Shown: piece after piece, positions 1 to 13,661 of the stretch | How positions within the stretch are numbered: position 1 is the stretch's first letter | Layout of the letters: each line of letters starts with the position of its first letter | Source of the DNA: Eimeria praecox | Taxonomy: Eukaryota | DNA length: 64,000 nt | Reading direction: 5' to 3' | Assembly (NCBI GenBank): GCA_963920595.1 | Contig: OY986949.1 | Coordinates: forward strand, 2,356,001 to 2,420,000 | Program-made: the position numbers and the translations under genes | The notes under the pieces: model-generated | What the model was told of the DNA's origin: nothing | Databases searched by the model: none | What the model saw: the letters and a program-made list of their open reading frames with translations, nothing else

Positions 1-422
1 CAGGAGCAGAAGCAGCAACACCAACAGCAGCAGCAGCAGCAGCAGCAGCAGGAGCCCTGCATGCAGCAGCAGCAACAGGTACAGCAACACGCCCTTCCTC
101 AGCAGCAAGAACTCCCGGTAGAGTTCGGGCGAAGCTGCAGCAGCTGCTGCCAGCGATGAAGCAGCGTGCTGCTGCTGCAGCTGCTGCTCCAGCTGCACAG
201 CTGCATCGCCTTGTCTCCCATGCAGCAGCAGCAGCAACAGGACATAGAGCTGCTGCTGCAGGCAGCCGCACACCTGCTGCACCTGATTTCTATGAGGGTC
301 GTGGGGAAGCAGAAGCTGCAGCAGAAGCAGCAGCAGCAGCAGCAGCAGGTGCTGCTGCTGCTGCTGCTTCTCACCACGGAAAGTGGTCCTTGTTCGGACA
401 CCGTACGAGCAGCAAGTTTCTT

Positions 423-463
<41 letters not shown>

Positions 464-1080
464 AGAGGATGCATCAGGCGAACAGGGGGATCTAGCTTCC
501 TACTCTGATGATGAGAATACGCTGCTGGGGTCTAGCTGCAGCAGCAGCAGCAGCAGCAGTAGCAGCAGCAGCAGCAGCGGCAGCAGCGCACCAAAGCTGC
601 ATGGAGGAGCAGCAGATGCAACAGCAGCAGCGGAGGCAGCAGCAGCAGCAGAGGCAGAAGCAGCAACGGCAGCAGCAGTAGCAGCAGCAGCAGCAGAAGC
701 TGCTGATACAATCGTAGAAGAGGAGGCATCGTTGCTGCTGAAGCTGAGAGAACAGTTTGCTGCTGATGTCTCCTCTGTAGCAGCAGATGAGGGATCTGCA
801 GCAGCAGCAGCAGCAGCAGCAGGAGCAGCAGAAACAGAAACAGCAGAAGAAGCAGCAGCAGCCACCGCTTCACCCTCTCGGCGGAGCTCTGCAGCAGCAG
901 GAGCAGCAGCAGCAGCAGCAGCAGCAGGGCTGTGGGGCGCCAGTACAGCTGTTGACTTCGAGGCCTTTCCCTTCGCAGCTGTAGGGAGAGAAGCAGCAGC
1001 AGCAGCAAAACAGGAGCTGCTGCTGGGGCTGCAGCAAGAGCAGCGGCGGCGCACACAGCAGCGGCAAGAGGAGGAAGCGA

Positions 1081-1120
<40 letters not shown>

Positions 1121-1186
1121 ACAACAGCAACAGGAGCAACAGCAACAACAGCAACAGCAGCAGCAGGAAGCTGAGGAAGAAGAGCT

Positions 1187-1221
<35 letters not shown>

Positions 1222-1390
1222 GACGACGTCAGCAGCTATCTGAGCCTGCATTCTCTGTCTCCTACTTTTTGGGTGTTGTGCTTCCCCCGGGACTAAAAGC
1301 ACTACGTATCATATCTCCTCTATTCGAGCTGCAGACACAGCAGCAGCAGCAGCAGCAGCAGGAGCAGCAGCAGGAACAGCAGCAGGAAGA

Positions 1391-1426
<36 letters not shown>

Positions 1427-1536
1427 TACAGACCCTTGGAGACAGAAAGAAACAAACACTCACAGACTCTCAGCACACGCGGTGTCTCTTCGATGCAGCC
1501 ACAGATTTGTTGTCCTTGATTGCGGCCGCTTCCAGG

Positions 1537-1595
<59 letters not shown>

Positions 1596-1685
1596 CTGCT
1601 GCTGCCGCTGCTGTGGGGGACGCTGCCTTTCTCTTGTGGGATACGCTCGCTGGCGCGTGGCTACCTGTCATATTCTGCGCTTCGT

Positions 1686-1777
<92 letters not shown>

Positions 1778-1778
1778 T

Positions 1779-1816
<38 letters not shown>

Positions 1817-2129
1817 TTGCTGCTGCTTGTGTTCAGGTGTTTGACTATTTGCTGCTGCACATCGATCCAGTTCGTGTGTCTCTGACATCATCATTCGTGG
1901 AGTGTATATACAGCTTCTTCTTTCCTCCTGCTGCTCCTCAAGCTGTAGATGCTGTAGCTCTGCTCGCACCCTCCTTCAAATACCCTGCTGCTGCTGCCGC
2001 TGCTGCTGCTGCTGCTGGCAGCTTCTGCAGCCAGAGCTCAGGAGAGCTAGCGTCACCAGCCGAGGCAGCAGCAGCAGCTGCTGCTGCAGCAGCTTCTACT
2101 GATGCTGCAGCCCTGCGTAGGGGCCAGGG

Positions 2130-2163
<34 letters not shown>

Positions 2164-2260
2164 CGATCAGAGCCGCCTCATCTATCTTGTAGGTTTCTCT
2201 TTCATATAATGGAGCTGCCGTGGTGTCTGTACACCTTATGCACCTGCTCCCTTATGCTGC

Positions 2261-2292
<32 letters not shown>

Positions 2293-3770
2293 TGATGTGT
2301 GCGGCTTCAGGGACTGGCTCGCGCAGCAGCAGCTTGTTAGGAAACCCAGCAGCAGCACATAGAGCAGCAGCAGCAGCAGCAGCAGCAGAAGCTGCACGAC
2401 GGCAGCCCTCGAAGCCGCAGCAGCAGCAGCAGCAGCAGCCGCTGCTACCACCGCAGCAGCAGCTGCAGCAGCAGCAGCAGCAGCAGCAGGACCCTGGCCT
2501 TGGAGTGTACTTCCGCTTCGTTCGAGTGTCGCCTTTTGCTGCTGTTGTAACGTACAGAGGTTTGTGCTGCTGCGGGGATAGGGTCTTCCTGTGTCTGCTG
2601 CACACGGGGGTTTAGGGTTTAGGGTTTAGGGTTTAGGGTTTAGGGTTTGAGGGCAGACGGTTGAGGAGTAGGTAGGGGTTAGAGCTTCAGCACCTGAGGG
2701 TTTGGGGTTTTGGGGTTTGTAGCTGACAGCACAGGCTCGCACACCCTAGGGTTTAGGATCTAGGGTTTAGGGTTTAGGGTTTAGGGTTTAGGGTTTAGGG
2801 TTTAGGGTTTGGTGGGGGTTTCAGGGGCTATTCGACTAGACAACGTGTTAGTGGAGTTGAGAGCTTTCGAGGTGCAGCACAAACTCAAACCCTTCAAAAC
2901 CCTCATCGATAAATATATTTGGTTCCTAGGCAAACAGGTAAACCCTAGATAACCCTAAACCCTAGCTAACCCTAAACCCTAGCTAACCCTAAACCCTAGC
3001 TAACCCTGAACCCTAGCAGACTCTAAACCCTAGCTAACCCTATACCCTAGCCAACCCTAAACCATAGCTAATCCTAAACCCTAGCTAACCCTAAACCCTA
3101 GCTAACCCTAAACCATAGCTAATCCTAAACCCTAGCTAACCCTAAACCCTAGCTATCCCTAACAAACCATAAACCTTAGCAAACCCTAAACCCTAAACCC
3201 TAACAAGCCCTAAACCGTTACAAACCTTAAACCCTAGCAAACCCTAGACCCTAGCTAACCCTAAACCCTAGCTAACCCTAACAAACCATAAACCCTACCA
3301 AAACCCTAACCCCTAACAAACCCTAAACCGCTACAAACTTTAAACCCTAGCATACCCTAAACCCTAGCAAAGCCGAAACTCTTACAAACCCTAAACCCTA
3401 GCAAAGGCTAAACCCTAACAACCCCTAGACTCTTTCAAACCCTAAACCCTAGCAAACCCAAACCCTAAAGCCTTGCAAGCTCTAAACCCTAAACTCTCAC
3501 TACTTATATACATTAGGGTTTAGGGTTTACCGCTACGGACGACAGAAACCCTCGGATGCTGCGCGATTAACTCTTCCCAAACCCTAAACCCTAAACCCTA
3601 AACCCTAAGCACATAAACCCTAAACCCTAAACCCTAAGCACTTAAACCCTAAACCCTAAACCCTTCGACAATCTATGGCAGCCTTATGTATTGAGGTGTA
3701 TAATAGACGCACTGCATTGCTGCTGGGTTTGCTGTTTCTGTGTCCTCTATGGTTGCTGCTGCTGCTGCTA

Positions 3771-3802
<32 letters not shown>

Positions 3803-3941
3803 GCTGCTGCTGCTGCTGCTGCAGGCAACGGGCCGCGTGATCAGCCACAAGTTGCTGCTGCTGCTGAAGAGGAAGCGACAACATGCAGGCGACAGCTTCT
3901 CCGATTTAAAGAAGAGGGATTTATTGTTTGGTTCTCGCTAG
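1..3941 (+). CDS. BLTP2/Hobbit/FMP27/SABRE-like bridge-like lipid transfer protein, C-terminal part (copy 1, 5'-partial). Exons <1-1535, 1837-2188, 2311-2559, 2825-2937, 3825-3941
   Basis: All junctions are GT-AG and phase-consistent. The spliced product contains FQVFDYLLLHIDPVRVSLTSSFVECIYSFFFP, YFRFVRVSPFAAVVTYRGAIRLDNVLVELRAFE and the C-terminus KKRDLLFGSR*, resembling the C-terminal (Apt1) region of KIAA0100/FMP27 as recalled. Confidence 0.7.
2938..3662. repeat. Intronic degenerate telomere-like array (AAACCCT with higher-order units such as AACCCTAAACCCTAGCT); copy at about 20114-20838
   Basis: Read directly; it starts at the donor GTAAACCCT of intron 2938-3824. Confidence 0.9.
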
Positions 3942-3953
3942 ATCAAATAACCT

Positions 3954-3993
<40 letters not shown>

Positions 3994-4048
3994 GACTTGC
4001 TGCTGCTGCTGATGCCTTCGCAGCGTGTAGCAACTGCAGCAGCAGCAA

Positions 4049-4083
<35 letters not shown>

Positions 4084-4539
4084 CTATTTTGACACTGTCG
4101 CTGAATATTCAAATGTAGAGAGAAACTGTGCACTGCTGTTGCTGCTGCTGCTGCTGCAGCAGCAGCAGCATCACTTGCTGCTGCAGCAGCAGCAGCAGCA
4201 GCAACAGCGGAGACCAAACTGTTGTTTGCCATTGGCGATGAGTTTTATTCAGGTGTACAGACAGCACTTACTGCTGCTGCCTCAGTGCAGTGCTGCAGCA
4301 GCACGCAAAAGACGCTGCTGCTGCTACACCTGCTGCTGCTGCTGCTGCTGCTGCCATTGGAGCAAGTACCTCCACATATAGGTATATATATAGGCAGTCT
4401 AGCCCTTCATAACAGCAGCAGCAACAGCAGCAGCAGCAGCTGCTGCAGCAGCAGCAGCAGCTGCTGCTGCTGCATACATTGATCCGAGTCGAACACCTGG
4501 CCCGGCAGCCTAGCAGCAACCGCAGCAGCAGCAGCAACC

Positions 4540-4576
<37 letters not shown>

Positions 4577-4577
4577 G

Positions 4578-4867
4578 CTAACAGCGCTCGAATACCCTGT
4601 AGAGGGCCTTTAGATTAGTGAGCTCTTTCACTGTCCCGTCAGAAAAGAAACTGAGTACAAACAACAACACAGTCGATGCAGCACAGCTGCAGCAGCAGCA
4701 GCAGACAGCAGCAGCAGCAGACAGCAGCAGCAGATAGCAGCAGCAACAGACAGCAGGTCAAAGCAGCACGAGCCAACAACATCCGTAGCAGCAACACATC
4801 ATCAGCAGCAGCAGCAAACAGCATCCGTAGCACCGGCAGACAGCAGCCGCAGCACAACCACCACCAC

Positions 4868-4921
<54 letters not shown>

Positions 4922-5548
4922 ATACCGTCTAGGTATGCGGGCCTTCCAATAGAAACGCAGTGCAGGCATCAAGACACAGCTAAACATCCTGCGTGTCTCC
5001 GTACTTGCGGCCATATGCTCCTCTAAATCTCCAGACAGCCTGCAGCAGCAGCAGCAGCAACAGCAACAGCAGCAGCAGCAACAGCAGCAGCAGCAACAGC
5101 AGCAGCAGCAACAGCAGCAGCAGCAGATGGAGTAGGTGGAGTAGATGGAGTAGCTGGAGCAGTAGCAGCAGCAGAGAGAACGGAGAGCCCAAGCTGCTGC
5201 TGCTGTCTTGTTGCTGCAGCAGCAGCAGCAGCAGCAACAAGACAGCAGCAGCAGCAGCAGCAGCAGCAAACAGCTACACAGCAGCAGCAACATAAACTTA
5301 CGTATGTGCGGCTGCCTCTTCGCGCAGCAATATCTTCTGCTGCTGCAGCAGAAGAGAACTGCTGCTGCTGTCTCCTTGTGTCTGCTGCTGCTGCGAGGCA
5401 GCCGCTGCAGGAGCAGCCGAAGCTGCTGCTGCTGCAGCAGCAGCAGCAGCAGCTGCTGCTGCAGCCTCATCCTCGACTGTGGTGTATGCATCCGCCAGCA
5501 GCAGAGCGATGCCTTGAAGACACGGAGACTCCTGAGTCCAATCTACCT

Positions 5549-5598
<50 letters not shown>

Positions 5599-5706
5599 AG
5601 CAATAGCAGGATCAGTAATAACAGCAGTAGCAGCAATAGCAGCAGCAATAGCAGCAGCAATAGCAGCAGCAAAGCAAGCAGCCATCGCTTCTTGCTGGAG
5701 GCCAAA

Positions 5707-5760
<54 letters not shown>

Positions 5761-5892
5761 AGCAGCAGCAGCAGCAGCAGACCTCGGTAGCGAGCTGCAG
5801 CAGCAACTGCCGGAGACGCAAAGGAGAAGGGAGGTGACGACCGCAGCACAAAGGAAGCCCTAGGAGACATCTGTCTCCTTTATTACTATTAC

Positions 5893-5943
<51 letters not shown>

Positions 5944-5990
5944 TATCATTATTATTATTATTATTATCATTATTATTATTATTATTATTA

Positions 5991-6034
<44 letters not shown>

Positions 6035-6202
6035 ATTATAACTGTCTCCTTTATTATTATTGCTGTCTCCTTTTATAACAACACCAAAATAATCTGCTAG
6101 TAGCGCTCGTCGTTCTAACAGTTTGTAGCTAAGTGCACGAGCTTCCTGCTGCAGCTGCTGCTGCTGCTGCTGCTGCTGCTGTGGGTCCACCTGCTGCTCC
6201 TG

Positions 6203-6248
<46 letters not shown>

Positions 6249-6697
6249 AGTGCAGCAAGAAGGGCTGCTTCTAAGTAGAGAGGAGTTCGTAGGCGTATAA
6301 CAGGCAGTCTCCCCAATCTATGGAGGATAGATTGATATACACACTCTGAACACATACTAAACCCTAAACCCTAAACCCTAAACCCTAAACCCTAAACCCT
6401 AAACCCTAAACCCTAAACCCTAAACCCTAAACCCTAAACCCTTTGGGTTTGCTCTGCAGCATGAGTGAAGCTCTCAAACAAAGTGTAGGATAGAAGATAA
6501 TGTGTGCACTCCTTCATCACATATTACGGATACTTAGGGTTTAGGGTTTAGGGTTTAGGGTTTAGGGTTTAGACCTCTAGCTACAGCAGGTAGATCAACA
6601 AGAAGGAGAGATTCTCCTCTCTGCAGCAGCGCCAGTCTTTCATTAACAGCTCCAACATAAGAACATCCCTGTAACGCAGTTGTGCTGTCTCTGCTGC

Positions 6698-6732
<35 letters not shown>

Positions 6733-6824
6733 TTGGTGCCGTTGACTACTGACTCATCTGCTGCAGCTTCTGCGCAGCGCTGCAGCAGCTGCCGCACGCT
6801 TCGAAGCCTTCCCGCGTCCGTCCG

Positions 6825-6863
<39 letters not shown>

Positions 6864-7073
6864 TGGAGCAACCCTCTCGAGGATGTGGCCCCCCTGTGCC
6901 CTCTCATCGAAAAGATGCAGCAAGGGCTGCTGCTGGCTGCTGCATGGTATTGCTGCTGCTGCTGCTGCTGCTGCTGTGGGGTCCTGCTGCTGCTGTTGCT
7001 GCTGCTGCTGCTCGTGCTGCAGCTCTGATGCAGTTGCAGCAGCCACTCCGTCTAACGGCTGGTCCTCGTCTAT

Positions 7074-7121
<48 letters not shown>

Positions 7122-7342
7122 CATCTCCTGAAGACTCTCCTGTGACGCTGCTGCAGTCGAGATGTCGCTAGTGCTGGTGTATGCAAACTGCTGCTGCTGC
7201 TGCTGCTGCTGCGATTGCTGCTGCTGCTGCTGCTGCTGCTGCGACTGCTGCTGCGAATAAAGATTGTGCTGCCAGTACGCACTGAGCGGTAGCTGCCGCG
7301 CGTCTGTTCTCGTTCGGGTAGGCTTCAAAGCTGGTTTGCTGC

Positions 7343-7374
<32 letters not shown>

Positions 7375-7819
7375 GTGCTGCTGCTGCTGTTGCTCTTGTT
7401 GCTGCTGCTGCTGCGTTCGTTTGCACGGGTCTCCTTCTTCTCCTGCTGCTGCACAGCTCCGTCTGCAGACAGCAGCACGAGATGCTGCTGCTTCAGCTGC
7501 GGCTCTAGAGGGTTTGTCTGTGGCACCAGCAGACCCTTCGATGATGTGTGGCTGCTCAGAATCTCCTGCAGCAGCAGCAGCAGCAGCAGCGGCAGCAGCA
7601 ACAAGGAGGGGCTTGAGCAATACCGCAACCAAAGATTAATAAAAATGACAGGATATGCCACAAGAAAGCAGCAGCAGCAGCAACCGGAACAGCAACAACA
7701 ACAGCAACAGCAGCAACAACAACAGCAGCAGCACCACCAACAGCAGCTGCTGCAGCAACAGCACCAAGTACAACAACAACAACAGCAGCAGCAGCACCAC
7801 CACCACCACCAACAGCAGC

Positions 7820-7850
<31 letters not shown>

Positions 7851-8090
7851 CCACCACCAACAGCAGCAGCAATAGCAGCAGCAACAGCAGCAGCAGCAAC
7901 AGCAGCAGCAGACCATAAGAGCTTGTCCGATCTGCTGCGCTATCAGGTCTTCATGAAGGAAGCAAACTTGGGTTTTGCTGGGGTGTACGTTCACATCAAC
8001 AGCAGCAGCAGGAAGCTCTAAAGATAGATAAACCCAAGGACGTTGGCCTCGAGGCATTAGCTGCGCATACACCGCCTCCACGTTACGCCT

Positions 8091-8138
<48 letters not shown>

Positions 8139-8240
8139 GAGGCAGCAGAAGCAGCAGCAGCAGCAGAAATTGCAGAAGCAGAAGCAGATGAATAGGAGAC
8201 ATACAGCAATTGTTATTGCTGCGGCAGAGACAGAACCACA

Positions 8241-8274
<34 letters not shown>

Positions 8275-8775
8275 GACCAAGGCAGCACCGTCAGCAGCAG
8301 CAGCAAGACCAAGGCAGCACCGTCAGCAGCAGCAGAACAGTCTGCATCAACAGCAGCCGCAGAATTGGCAGCAGCAGTAGCAGCAGCACAACTGGCAGCA
8401 GCAGCAGCACAAATAGAAGCAGCAGCAGCAGCAGCAGCAGCAACGCCAGCAGCGCGGCTAACAGCAGCAGCAGCACGACTAGCACCGGCAGCAGCAGCCA
8501 GCATAACTAGCAGCAGCAGCAGCATAACTAGCAGCAGCAGCAGCACACCTAGCAGCAGCAGCACAACTAGCAGCAGCAGCAGCACAACTAGCCGCAGCAG
8601 CAGCACAACTAGCAGCAGCAGCCAGCATAACTAGCAGCAGCAGCAGCATACCTAGCAGCAGCAGCAGCACACCTCGCAGCAACAGCAGCACACCTCGCAG
8701 CAGCATCACAACTAGCAGCAGCAGCAGCAGCGAACTAGCATCAACAGCTCCACAACTAGCAGCAGCATCAGGGCT

Positions 8776-8806
<31 letters not shown>

Positions 8807-9132
8807 GCAGCAGCAGCAGCAGCAGCAGGATAAGTATGTGTCTCTAACTTAAGTGCGGGGCATTCAACAAGCCTTGAATTAATAAAGAAGCAGAAGCAAG
8901 CATTCTTCTGTCCTCTGTTTGCTGCTGAAGCCAAACCCCACACTCTCCACTCTCCTTCTTTTAGGTCCTGTAGATACACCTCAGCAGGTGTACAGGGCGT
9001 CACAGCAGCAGCAGCAGCAGCAGCAGCACATGTGCTGCTGCAGCTATTATGCTCAGCAGATAACAAAGACACCAACTCCTTCAACAAAGGACACACACTC
9101 TCGCTACTGCTGCTGCTGCTGTTGCTGCTGCT

Positions 9133-9169
<37 letters not shown>

Positions 9170-9567
9170 CTGTCGTTTCGTTGGAGGGCTTCACTGCCGT
9201 CAGCTTCTCGCTGGTCCTGCTGCTGCAGCATCTCCTGCTGCTGCTGCTGCTGCTGCTGTTGCTGCTGCTGTTGCTGCTGCTGTTGCTGATTTCGTATGAA
9301 GCTAATAGCAGAAGCAGGGAGAGTAGACTTCAGGTGTATAGGCAGCAGTGTTGCTGCTACAGCAGCACCGTTAGTTCTCTCAACTACCCTCCTAGCTCCC
9401 CCCTGCAGCAACGCTATTCCCCGCAGCAGCCGCAGCTCTGCTGCTGTTGGTAGCCGTACTTCTTCATCTGTCGGACAGCAGCAGCTGCAGCTCATGTCTT
9501 CGTTGCTGCTGCTGCTGTTGCTGTTGCTGCTGATGTTAAGGTCTGTTTGCTGCTGGTCTCCTTGGTC

Positions 9568-9603
<36 letters not shown>

Positions 9604-9679
9604 GCGTCTGCGTTGTCTCCGCAGCTGCAGCAATAGCTGCTTTGCTTCTGTGAGCCCGAAGCACTGAGTATTAAGGTCT

Positions 9680-9717
<38 letters not shown>

Positions 9718-9814
9718 CTTGACAGTAAATGCAACGTGGGGATTATCTATGGCATAGCGAGAAACAACTTGAAGACATCGCATATATTCTTCTGCTGCAG
9801 CTGCTGCAGAAGGT

Positions 9815-9857
<43 letters not shown>

Positions 9858-10428
9858 TATTTTTTGTTGCTGCAGAAGATAAGAAGAAGCTTCTCCGTGT
9901 CTTCAAACAATAAAACATATCTGTTGATTTGATGCATGTCCCCGCCATTCTAGAAATAGGTTTAGGTTCTTCTGTTAATACACCTGAGGTGTACGTACAC
10001 TGTAAACCATATCTATCTCCTCTTTGTTTTGTAGTTAAATGTATACGAGACACAGCAGCAAGAGCAGCAAGTGCTTCCCCTCTAAATCCAAAAGAATGAA
10101 GCTGCTGCAGCTGCTGCAGCTGCTGCAGCTTACTTGTACAATGTCTAGCACACAGCAACACTAAATCTGCTGCTGCTATGCCGCTGCCATTATCAGATAC
10201 CTGCAGCAGCTTTAAGCCTCCCGCCCCACACTGTACATACACCCGAAGAGCAGCAGCATCTAAACTGTTTTCTATTAACTCTTTCACTGCTGCAGCAGGA
10301 CGAGTTACTACTTCTCCTGCAGCAATACGACGAACGACTTCGTCAGGAAGCAAACGAATTCGACCCCGACCTGTTGCTGCTGCTGCTGCTGCTGTTGCTG
10401 CTGCTCGCGGTGGACGTAAGATGGGAGG

Positions 10429-10461
<33 letters not shown>

Positions 10462-10523
10462 AAAGGGGTTTCCTGCAAGGGCAGAATTGCTGCTGCATGT
10501 TTCTGCTGTTGTCTTCTCGTCTT

Positions 10524-10559
<36 letters not shown>

Positions 10560-10695
10560 CTGCTGTTGCTGCTGTTGCTGTTGCTGCTGCTGCTGTTGCT
10601 GCTTCGTTCAATTCTGCTGCTGCTGCCGAAGGAGGCTGTGTTGCTGCTGCTGCTGGTGCTGCAGCCAAATCCGCAATCTCATCGGGATCCCACAT
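4578..10695 (-). CDS. MLH1: DNA mismatch repair protein MLH1 (copy 1). Exons 10695-8849, 8088-7914, 7565-6575, 6345-5783, 5546-5302, 5039-4926, 4650-4578
   Basis: GHKL ATPase motifs IAAGEVV, KELIENSLDA, DNGSGI and GFRGEAL; transducer motif VDVNVHPSK; C-terminal domain LADYF...LLGLP...LATEVDW; terminal LYRVFERC*, diagnostic of MLH1. All six introns are GT-AG and in phase. Confidence 0.96.
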
Positions 10696-10710
10696 AACGC
10701 CACACGCTGC

Positions 10711-10765
<55 letters not shown>

Positions 10766-11221
10766 ACTGCTGCTACTGCTGCTGCTGCTGCTGCTGCTGA
10801 GGCATGGACTGTGTTTAAGGTCCTGTCAGCGCTTGCTGCAGGTAGGCGCCTTCGATGCAGTTGTTATTGCTTTTGCTGCTGCTGCTGCTGCTGCTGTTGT
10901 TGCTGTTGTTGCTGCTGCTGCTGTTGTTGTGGTGTCGGTAGCTGCTGCTGCTTCTGTGGATGCAGGTTTTGCTGTCTGCATTTGTTGCTGCTGCTGCTGC
11001 TGTTGTTGCTGTTGCTGCTGCTGCTGCTGGTGGTGGTGGACGGCCGACACCACCGTGCTGCTGCTGCTACTGCTGCTGCTGCTGCTGCTGCTGCTACGTA
11101 AGGATAGATAATTATATTTAATTTATTATATTTTTGCTGTTTATAAATTCTTCTCTTTAAGATGTCTAAGAAAATTGAAGGTGGGGTTGTTGTTACACCC
11201 TCTGGGGCTGGCGATCCTCCC

Positions 11222-11253
<32 letters not shown>

Positions 11254-11374
11254 TGCGGCTGCTGCTGCGCTGCAGTGTGCATGCGAGATAAATATAAACA
11301 GCAGCAGAAAGAAATATCTGTTTATAAAAGCCAAGAAGCTACTACTCTCTACTTACGCTGTTCGCTGCTGCTGC

Positions 11375-11408
<34 letters not shown>

Positions 11409-11441
11409 GCAGAAGGGGGCCCCCAGATCGGCTATAGGTAC

Positions 11442-11475
<34 letters not shown>

Positions 11476-11609
11476 CAGCATTGAGCTGCTGTCTGCTATA
11501 TATATCTGCAGAAACCGCAGCATCAACATTGTCAACAGAAGAAGCAGCTGCTGCTGCAGCAGCAGCAGCAGCAACAGCAACGACACTAGCTGCAGCCGAA
11601 AGAGCCTGG

Positions 11610-11647
<38 letters not shown>

Positions 11648-11760
11648 TACAGCAGCAGCAGCAGCATCCCCACAATCATCCTCAACATTCTCAGAAACAA
11701 CACGAGCAACAACACCACCACCATCACCAGCAGCAACACCACCACCACCACCACCACCAC

Positions 11761-11807
<47 letters not shown>

Positions 11808-11833
11808 ACAGCAGCAGCAGCAGCAGCAGCAGG

Positions 11834-11957
11834 ATGAGCAGCTACAGCAGCAGGGCCTCTAGTGCAGCAGCACGTCCGTCTCTGTCTCTAATACCATACG
11901 GGAGACAAATCAGACACTGGGAGGCAGCAGATATACTTAGGAGAATACGAAACAAAG

Positions 11958-12003
<46 letters not shown>

Positions 12004-12305
12004 AATACATCCTTGTATGGAAACATGGTCAGATAAACTGATGCTGCTGCTGCTGCATGTATTGCTGCTGCTGTTGCTGCTGCTGCTGGTGCTGCACGTG
12101 TTGCTGCTGCTGCTGCTGGTGCTGCTCGTGTTGCTGCTGCTGCTGCTGCTGCTGGTGTTGCTGCTGCTGTTGATGCACTTGTTGCTGCTGCTGCTGTTGA
12201 TGCTGCTGTTGCTGCTGCTGCTGCAGGTGCTGCTGCTGCGGTTGATGCACTTGTTGCTGCTGCTGCTGTTGATGCTGCTGTTGATGTTGCTGCTGCTGCT
12301 GTTTG

Positions 12306-12337
<32 letters not shown>

Positions 12338-12422
12338 TGTTTATTGCTGCTTCTTATCACTCTCTCTTCTGCTGCTACATTTGTATCTTCACTTGCTCTT
12401 CTCTTACTGCTGCTGCTCTTAC

Positions 12423-12484
<62 letters not shown>

Positions 12485-12633
12485 AGGAGCGCGTACTTGC
12501 AGTGTCTGCGTCGCTTTGCCTACTCTTCCGATCGCCGCTGTCTGCTGCAGACAGAGCAGCACGAGAAATGTGTAGAAGAAAATAAAATGTGGAGGCCTCC
12601 GCAGACACTGAAAGCCTTACAAGTCCTCCAGCT
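11834..12633 (+). CDS. Twin CX9C (CHCH) protein, copy 1, cut off by the assembly gap. Exons 11834-12027, 12487-12633
   Basis: Splicing gives C-METWSAYLQ-C...C-LLQTEQHEK-C. The last two exons seen in copy 2 are not present before the N gap. Confidence 0.7.
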
Positions 12634-12678
12634 GTACGTACACTGCAGATATACCAGACACTCCTGCTGCGGCTGTTC

Positions 12679-12748
<70 letters not shown>

Positions 12749-12953
12749 GTATATTGCTGCTGCTGTTGATGGTGGTGGTGGTGCTGCTGCTGCTAGTGCT
12801 GCTGATGCTGCTGTAGGGGATGCTGCTCGTGCGCGTGCTGCTCCGTCTCTTGCTGCTGCTGCTGTTGATGGTGGTGGTGCTGCTGCTTTTGCTGCTGCTG
12901 CTGCTGCAGCTTGTCTTGCTGCTGCTTTTGCTGCTGCTGCTGCTGTTATGTCA

Positions 12954-13153
12954 NNNNNNNNNNNNNNNNNNNNNNNNNNNNNNNNNNNNNNNNNNNNNNN
13001 NNNNNNNNNNNNNNNNNNNNNNNNNNNNNNNNNNNNNNNNNNNNNNNNNNNNNNNNNNNNNNNNNNNNNNNNNNNNNNNNNNNNNNNNNNNNNNNNNNNN
13101 NNNNNNNNNNNNNNNNNNNNNNNNNNNNNNNNNNNNNNNNNNNNNNNNNNNNN
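12954..13153. other. Assembly gap (200 N)
   Basis: Run of exactly 200 N; a round placeholder size, so the true length is unknown. Confidence 0.99.
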
Positions 13154-13179
13154 GCTTTGAGTGTGATGACCTCCCTTAT

Positions 13180-13212
<33 letters not shown>

Positions 13213-13281
13213 CGTCGGGCGTATGCTGGGCGGTTTGTGCAGACGCAGCATCAGCAAGTAGAGGAACACCATCAACAGCAA

Positions 13282-13313
<32 letters not shown>

Positions 13314-13439
13314 GCAATTTGCTGCTGCTGTGTCTCGTGTGTGGGGTCTCACGCTGCCGTCTCACCAATCTATCCCCTCTCCTCATCTGCTGCCGCTGCT
13401 GCGTATTCCTGGTGTCCGTATAGAGCGGCAGAAGCTGCC

Positions 13440-13475
<36 letters not shown>

Positions 13476-13629
13476 TGATTCCTCTCAAGCAGCATGCATG
13501 CTGCTACACTGTCCCTCCTTGCTGCTGTCTCCGACAAGCCTCGCCCTCGCCTTCAGGTGTATGGACGCAGCAGATGCAGCACGACAGCAGCTAGAGCCGT
13601 ACCTTGAGTTGCTGCTGCCATCAAAGAAT

Positions 13630-13661
<32 letters not shown>

